Assembly (NCBI RefSeq): GCF_009914755.1
Contig: NC_060947.1
Reading direction: 5' to 3' (one strand)
Origin: the human T2T-CHM13v2.0 reference genome, Homo sapiens
Length of the DNA: 64,000 bases
Notes under the pieces: model-generated
Told to the model about the DNA's origin: nothing
Database searches by the model: none
Seen by the model: only the letters and a program-made list of their open reading frames with translations
Made by a program: the position numbers and the translations under genes
Part shown: positions 56,934-64,000 of the stretch, one piece after another
Layout: every line of letters begins with the position of its first letter
Numbering within the stretch: position 1 is the stretch's first letter

Positions 56934-59900
56934 TCAGTTCCTGCTTGTCTCTCCTGTCTCAGCCCTCAGTCTCTCATCGCTCTCTCTCAGTCCCCTCTGC
57001 CCTCAAGTTTAAGATTCAATCAGATTAACCTACTCCACAGGCCTTTTCCTGCTTCTCCCTTTGTCTGGACCAACCTTCATCTCTGCTCCCCCACAGCCCC
57101 CCAACTCCCCAACACATACCTAAATAATTAGTACTGGCTATCTGGGGTTCAGATTAGACATCACCTTCCTTAGAAAAACCTTGCCTGTCCGTCCCCTCCA
57201 CATACACACTTCAATCTAGGTTAGATGCCCCTCTTTTGCTGTGCTAGAAAAAAAAATTATCCTTTCCACTGTCATTTGTACACATCACACCATAATATAC
57301 ATACCTGCTTATATCTCTGATTCTTCCCCTAGCCCATGATCTCTTTGAGATTAGGTACTATTTCTCATTCATCTCTGCATCCTCAATAGCCAACACAGTG
57401 TGTGGATTCAGTGAGGACTTGTTAAGTGAGTGATGAATGAATGAAGGAGCATAATCATACCTATTTCACAGACGTATTAAGTAATGATTGTATGAAATAA
57501 TGTAAGTGGAAGTTCCTGGCATGCAGCTAGGTCAGGAAATGAAATCTCATAGCATTAAAGGCAATTGACAGTAACTTTGTCACAGATCTCTTACAATCAC
57601 TTAAAATGTTCTGAGTGTGAAGTTCTGGAGAATCTTTGTCTTTTTAAAAGTCTGTTGAAAGGTGAATTTCGTCATCATAGAAGGAATCTCAGAGGACAAA
57701 GGACCTCTTGTTTAAGACAACTAAGCCCAGCGATTAGTGGTGAAGCGCCATGCCTAAGTGCTTCCAGGGCCTGGGGTCAGCTCACCCAGCCAAACCTCCC
57801 CTTTCTGGCCCCACACCTTGGACCCAGAAGAGGAGGAAGTGGGTAAAGAGGCTGAGAAGGAATACAGAAAAAGGGGCTGAAATTAGATGATGTGGGGGTA
57901 ATAATTGTAGCTTTTGCACAGCAGCTGTGTTTAGAACCAGGCAAGCTATATACATCAGAGAGTTCCGCAGCCCCCAGAAAAATGTTCCTCGGAACGCCTA
58001 TCACCTTTCATTCTTCCTGAGCTTTGTAGCCTTCAGCAGGTCTTCTCAGTGGTGCCTTGCCCTAGCACCTCATTGGCCAGCTCGGCACTACCTCCTGGGG
58101 TGTAAATGAACTGTTAAGGGTGGTTCTCTCAGCAGTAGAACTGGTCTCACGGAATGTTTTTCCAGTTCTGACAGTCTGGCACAAAGCTGCTAAGAGGCAC
58201 CTAGTATCACAAAAGCTAGGCACTGCTCCCTGCTGCTGGGCTGGCAGTCTCCAGGCTCTTTTAGGAAATGACTGGGCCAGTCCAGCCGCCTCCCAGATGA
58301 TTTTCCCCCTCAGGCCATGCCCTTTTGACCCCAAGACAATTTGGACTCAGCTCAGTCAGTTTGAAGAATTTCTCCAAGTTGCAACTGACAGCTTCATTGT
58401 CCTAAGGCACAAATTAAAGTTAAGCCTTTATTAGAGTAATACATTTGTGTTTGTGACAGGTCAAAACAATGATGCAAATGCAGGGTATTTAAAAGCGGGA
58501 GAGAGAAACTCCTATAGAATTCAGAGGAATCATCTCTGGCGAGTCTAATTCGGAGGGAAGATCTGCAGATCGTTCTGGCTGCAGGGCAGTGAACCAACTT
58601 CTGCTACTCCTCCCCAGCACCAGGCAGCAGGCAGGCCTGCCCTGCGATGAAAGGTGAAGAGGCGGCAAGGCCCCGACTAACTGAAATTTTCCACAGAGAT
58701 TCCCACGAGTGCAGACTTGAACAAACAGCCAAACGCCACCCACCTATAGCTCCAAAGCCAGTTCCCCAATCTCTTCCGCCATGGCCTCAAATGTTTTTGC
58801 GTTCGGGTTCCCTCCTCCTTTCAGCTGTGGGGATGGGAAGCCAAGGGGCAGGTAGGAGTGGGAGTGGGAAGGCTGGAGGCCCTGCCTTTGCTCTGAACTG
58901 GAGCAGGAAAGCAGCCTGGAAGCCATGTGACAGCAGGAGATGTGGGGCTCCCAGAGGGTGGGGCAGGCAGCACCCAAACCATGCTTGACCCACTGCTCAG
59001 CCTGGCCTGGGGCCAGAGAAAGCACAAGCACTTTTTTTCAGTTCAATTTATTCTCCAAAGCAACAAACCTCAGGATATGAACGACAGAGGAAGTTCAGTT
59101 TAAACAAAGGCATTCACCAAGCAGTATGGGTCCCCTGCAATGACAAATGAATCCCTGGCAAAGGGACAGCCAACATTGGCTAGATTGGAACGTTATGATT
59201 CCAGGATGATCTTTCTGACCTGGGTTTAGAAGCTCCTTCACTTGGCTTTCTTTGTACAGGCACGGGGTGGTGGTGAGCTGATCTGCTCAGTCTGTTGGTC
59301 AGTCTATCAACAAACATCGATTGATCCCACCTAGCATGGGGCAGGCTGTTTAGGCAGGCTGCTTGTGATGTATCTGCTAGAGGATACATCATAAAGTTCT
59401 GGAAAACCAGGAAGTTTCACTGCATATACAGAAATCACGCTTGAGTCAGAAGCCTACCATCTAATCAATGTCCAGACAGGATTTTGAAGCCAGACAAAGT
59501 GGGGCTTGAATCCCAGCTCACCTGTTAACTTAAATAGCCATATGACTTTGGGTAAGTCAACCTCTCTGTGCCTCAGTTCACATACTCATAAAATAGAGAT
59601 AAACATAATATTTTAGGCCTAGTCAGCTTGGAGTATTACTGCTTGGACATAAGAAGCAGGACATGTGTTCACCATCTAAAATTGGAGTGAATTCCATGAG
59701 GCATGAGTGTAGCAAACACTTATATAGCACTTTCTAGTACTAGTCTGAGTGTTTTACATATATTAATTCATTTAACCTTTGTTAGGACCCTATGGAGCAG
59801 GTACTAATATTATCCCCATTTTATAGATTAAAAAAAAAAACCCAAGGCACAGAGAAGTTATATAAAAACCCTAGTCAGTGACACTTATTTGATGTGCATG

Positions 59901-62900
59901 AGACTTATGTAAGGTAGTGCATGGGAAATACATCTAGAAAATTGTTGATAAATGCTATTTGTGATTATTATTCAGTAATATTATTGTTATTATTATTAAC
60001 TGTATTACCCTAACTGTGAATAATGACCATGGAACAATTTAGAATGTAGTAAAATGCAAAGGGTTTGGCTATTTCCATCTGCTTCCTTAAAGGAAGCCCT
60101 ACATTATTTTAGGTAACTCTAGGGAGTTCTTATGGACCCTTCCAGGATTAATGACTCCAAAGGGAAGAGCAAATCTCTTGGGGCTGCTGAGTAAACAGAG
60201 GCCAAAGCATGCAAAAAGGCAGGGTAAATTAACCCTACAGGAAGCGCAGAAATGGGGGAGCACAGCTCTATTACCTGGAGGTGGGTTGCAAAATCAAGCA
60301 TCATCAAAAGAAAGTCCAGTTGAAAGTGAAAGACTGTTCTTTGTTGGTTTGCAAAGTACAGAAATAAGGAGGTCTGTAAGCCAGGGAGAGGGGAATTAAC
60401 AAATTTGAGCACCCGCTTTGTGTCAGGAACCTTATCCCTGATATCTCATTTATCATGACAATGATCTCATGAGGTAGATGCTAGGATCATCTCCACTTTA
60501 GTGATAAGGGCACATCCTCAGAGAGCTGAAGTGACCCACCTGAAGTCTCACACCTTCAAATTGTTGGGGTTTGGTCTAGAATTCAGGTCTGCCCTACTCC
60601 AGATGTATTTTTCCTTCCATAATCCCATCTATAAATCTCAAACAAAACCAATCATTATCCCTTCTAAACTTGCTCCTTCTATTCTGTTCTCTATCTTGGT
60701 GAATGGGGCCATCATCCCACCAGCCACTTAAGCTAGAAACTTGAAGGTCATTTAGATCCTTTCTCACATATCTCCCATATCCAAAAGTGTGGCATCAAAT
60801 GGTTCTAGAAATTCTACCTCATTAGCATGTCTTTTATTCATCCTTCCTGTCTGTCTTCACCATTGACGAAGTTCAGAACCCTAGTAGGCTGCAATATCGA
60901 TGTTTGGGCATATGTGTTTGGATATAGTTTGACCCTCTAAAATTGGATCCACTAAACTTGATGGTAACATTCAGATTCTACCTGGCATCTCTAGCACTTA
61001 GAACATATTTTTATTAAATATAGTCTGAATGAATAAATGCATAAATTAATGCATGATGAGCAGAGGCTAATGTCCCCACTTTTAAACCCTTCAGTGGTCT
61101 CTGCCACCTTCAGGATAAAGACCACACTTCTCACACTTCTTCACATATAGAATACATTGCCTGAAAGGTCTAGCTGCCAACCTCTTCTTCAACTTTGACC
61201 TCCAGTCACTGCCATTTTCCTTTCAATACTCCATTCTTCACTTAGATTGACCCTTTTGTTCTGTGAAAGGACCATGTTCTCTTGAATATTGGCCTTCGTT
61301 CTTCCCTTTGTGTAGATCACCATACTTCCCCCACAATCTACCTCTCGATCTTCACCTTCTTAACTCCTACTCAGCAACTTAAATGGTTTGTTCTTCTGGA
61401 AGTTTTTCCTGGCACCCCAAGTCTAGGATTTACAGTTGACAGAACTAAGGCTCAAATAGCCTAAGTGACTTACCCACGGCTCCACAGCTTGTCAGTGGCA
61501 GAGTCAAATCTATCCTGGTTTATCAGACTCCAAATATACATTACCTAATTTGTATTACTCCTCGCAACAACTCAGCAAGCTAAGGGGATAAGTGATTAGT
61601 CCAAGATTACATAGCTAAAGTGGTGGGTTTTTTGGTAGTTTTTGTAGTCCCAAATCCAGGTACCTTCTATTACACCAAAGCAATTTCATATCATTGAAGT
61701 TGGAAGAACTTTGCCTTATGAAGTGACAGAATCAGTTATCTATTTCACTGTTGACTAAACTACAAAAGATCCTTCATCATCGCAAATTTAAAAACCAACC
61801 CCTGGGCAAACATCCCAAGGGTAAATTCCACCACTAATAAATTTAAAAATCACTGTGCTTTGCTTTCCTACTTAACTTGAACAGTGTTCGGTCCTGGCAC
61901 TGCCTCTCTGTCTCTTTCCAAAAATGAGGCCTAGTGGCCTTTATCATGGGCTCCCAAGGGAATCAGGTGAGCTAACTTACTATATTCTGTTACTGGGTAC
62001 CCACTGCATGGCCAGTACAATCACTTAGCAATCAGGTAAATGTGAAAGTAGAGATGTTTTAACATCTCGTTTTGACTTTAGTCTCCAGAAACCATCAAAG
62101 TGAAACATCATTTTGGAAATTCAGAAATAACAGCTTTTACAAAGACAGAAATGCAGCAGGCAAAAAGGGATATCAGATAGAACTGTGTCAAATACGGTGA
62201 TGGGATGACCATTTTGTACAACTCTCTATGTAACCTGAGATGAGCAAACAAGAGGTTGCTCTCCAAAGGCACTCATCACTACTACTGTGTGTGAGAGTGT
62301 GTGCACACATGCATGTGCATGTGTGTATATTGAAGAGATTGATAGTCAAGCTAGAAACTTGACCCTCTATTGTTTCTAATATCTCACAAAGCTTTAACTT
62401 TGGTCTTATCTTCCTTTTTTCCTTCAAGAAAAGTTCTAGTCTCCATGTTGAAGAAGCAAAACCAAATATACAATAAAACCTGCAATTAATTTGTAAATCA
62501 TGACCTTATTCAATTTTTAGTCTCACTCACCCACTCCCATCATCATTCTAGAGAGCCTTCCTTGACAGTCTAAAGATAAGCTGTCCGTTGTAAGATCAGC
62601 CCTAAGAATAATGCTAATATTTGACAATGATCAGTTTATGAAATAAATATGAGGGCTTGAAAAGTAAGATGACATTTTCACTAAATTCATTTTCTTCATT
62701 GGATTGTACTTTAGTAGGCACATTCTAGCAATTGTGAAGTCCCATAACCTATCCTGCACCCCTAAACACTATTGGAAGTTCATGAAAGAAAAGGTTGACT
62801 AATATTTTCAGAGAATTTATCTATAAAATCAACACCAAGTGACTCAGAGCACAAATATGCAAAGAAACCTCAGGAAAACAAGATGTATTTGGGAGCAGCC

Positions 62901-64000
62901 ACTCTTTCTAATAAACTAACTGAAAGTATTAACAAGTTAAAAACAGTAGGATGATCAGAAAGCGGAGTTGTCAATCATGCAATGACAGAAAAAGGAATAA
63001 CCAAGGCCAAAATTGGTAGCATCCAGGCAGTATGTCCAGGCCAGAGTGTGCTCTTGCTCACGAACTTTACCTACCAATATAGCAGAGTCTACTGTTCCCA
63101 GAACTGGGCCTGGGACATATTAGGTCCTCAATAATAATTTGTTAACTAAATGAGTTAATTAATGAATACGTGACTAAAAGGTCTCAATGCCATGGCCTCT
63201 GTGGACACAGATGCATTACCAAGCCATCGAATATTAGGATCATATATCTAATTCTTCCAGATCTGGCTCTTCTGACATCATTTGGCATATAAATGATGAG
63301 AGGACCCCAGTGTCCCCAATCCCACTGTAAATGGTGACACTAGCATTCTAATTTTAAATGTCAGTCTCTGACTCCAGTTCTTGTGGAGTAGTGACAAAAC
63401 AGGCTTCTTAGTCAGGAGGCCTGAGTTAGACCTTGGACACTGGCAAATTCAGGAAGATAATAGTACTGGGGGTGGAGAAAGGGTTCTGGATGTCAATGAG
63501 CTTTCTCCAGGTGACATTATTTTATCTGATCATGTGTCCTTTTTATATTTCTACCACTGCACTTTCTATAAAATCAACACCAATACCCAAGAGTCCACTA
63601 TGTTCCCTTATGCAACCAATTATTTTCTTGAATCTTATCTTGAAGGACAATTTTCCCTGGTTATGATCCATGCCTCTTGAGATTTCAGTTTAGTATCAAA
63701 AGGTCCTCCATGTGGCCTTCCTCAGCTATCAATGGGTTCTCTTCATTATGGTTCCAAGCATTTCTTCATCAAATTTGGAATGTTAGTACTAATAAAATAG
63801 AGCATTCTTTAGGTTGCTTTTTTAAGTGTTTGAATAGGTGAAAAGATTCACACCATTGTCTCCCTGACCTTGAGGGAACACTGTCCCACATAATTCTTCA
63901 ACCATGATTAAGAAAAGAAGGGTCTACTAACTGGTTCACAATAGTCATCAAAAGCTCACTGTGTGCCAAGTTCTATGCCTTGTGAGGTCATCAGAAAATA

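Noticed and set aside
57500-59400. Dense overlapping 60-113-aa ORFs on both strands
   Set aside because: Expected from higher local GC content; no recognisable domain or consistent splice pattern. The region is kept only as a regulatory candidate.

Overview
This is primate, almost certainly human, Xq26.2 genomic DNA, not a microbial locus. Two protein-coding genes lie tail-to-tail. On the + strand are the last nine coding exons (4-12) and 3' UTR of STK26/MST4, a GCK-III STE20-like kinase (1670-~14175). On the - strand are coding exons 2-12 and the 3' UTR of FRMD7, the FERM-domain gene of X-linked infantile nystagmus (~15220-38953). FRMD7 intron 1 runs to the window edge and exon 1 lies outside it. 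I assembled the exons by hand from GT-AG boundaries, and the phases join correctly. The FRMD7 exons give 2088 nt, which with the 57-nt exon 1 I recall makes a 714-aa ORF. The STK26 exons give 978 nt ending ...KFQKCSADESP*. The rest is ordinary intronic sequence: Alu, L1, L2, MIR, MaLR/ERV LTRs, hAT MITEs and microsatellites. I found no new biological system. The most useful observations concern splicing: an in-frame upstream acceptor for FRMD7 exon 12 (+44 aa), a NAGNAG acceptor whose distal AG creates a stop, a latent GC donor in intron 4, and STRs beside skippable exons. There are also recent tandem duplications and candidate intronic regulatory elements. Repeat boundaries and subfamily calls were made by eye and are approximate.
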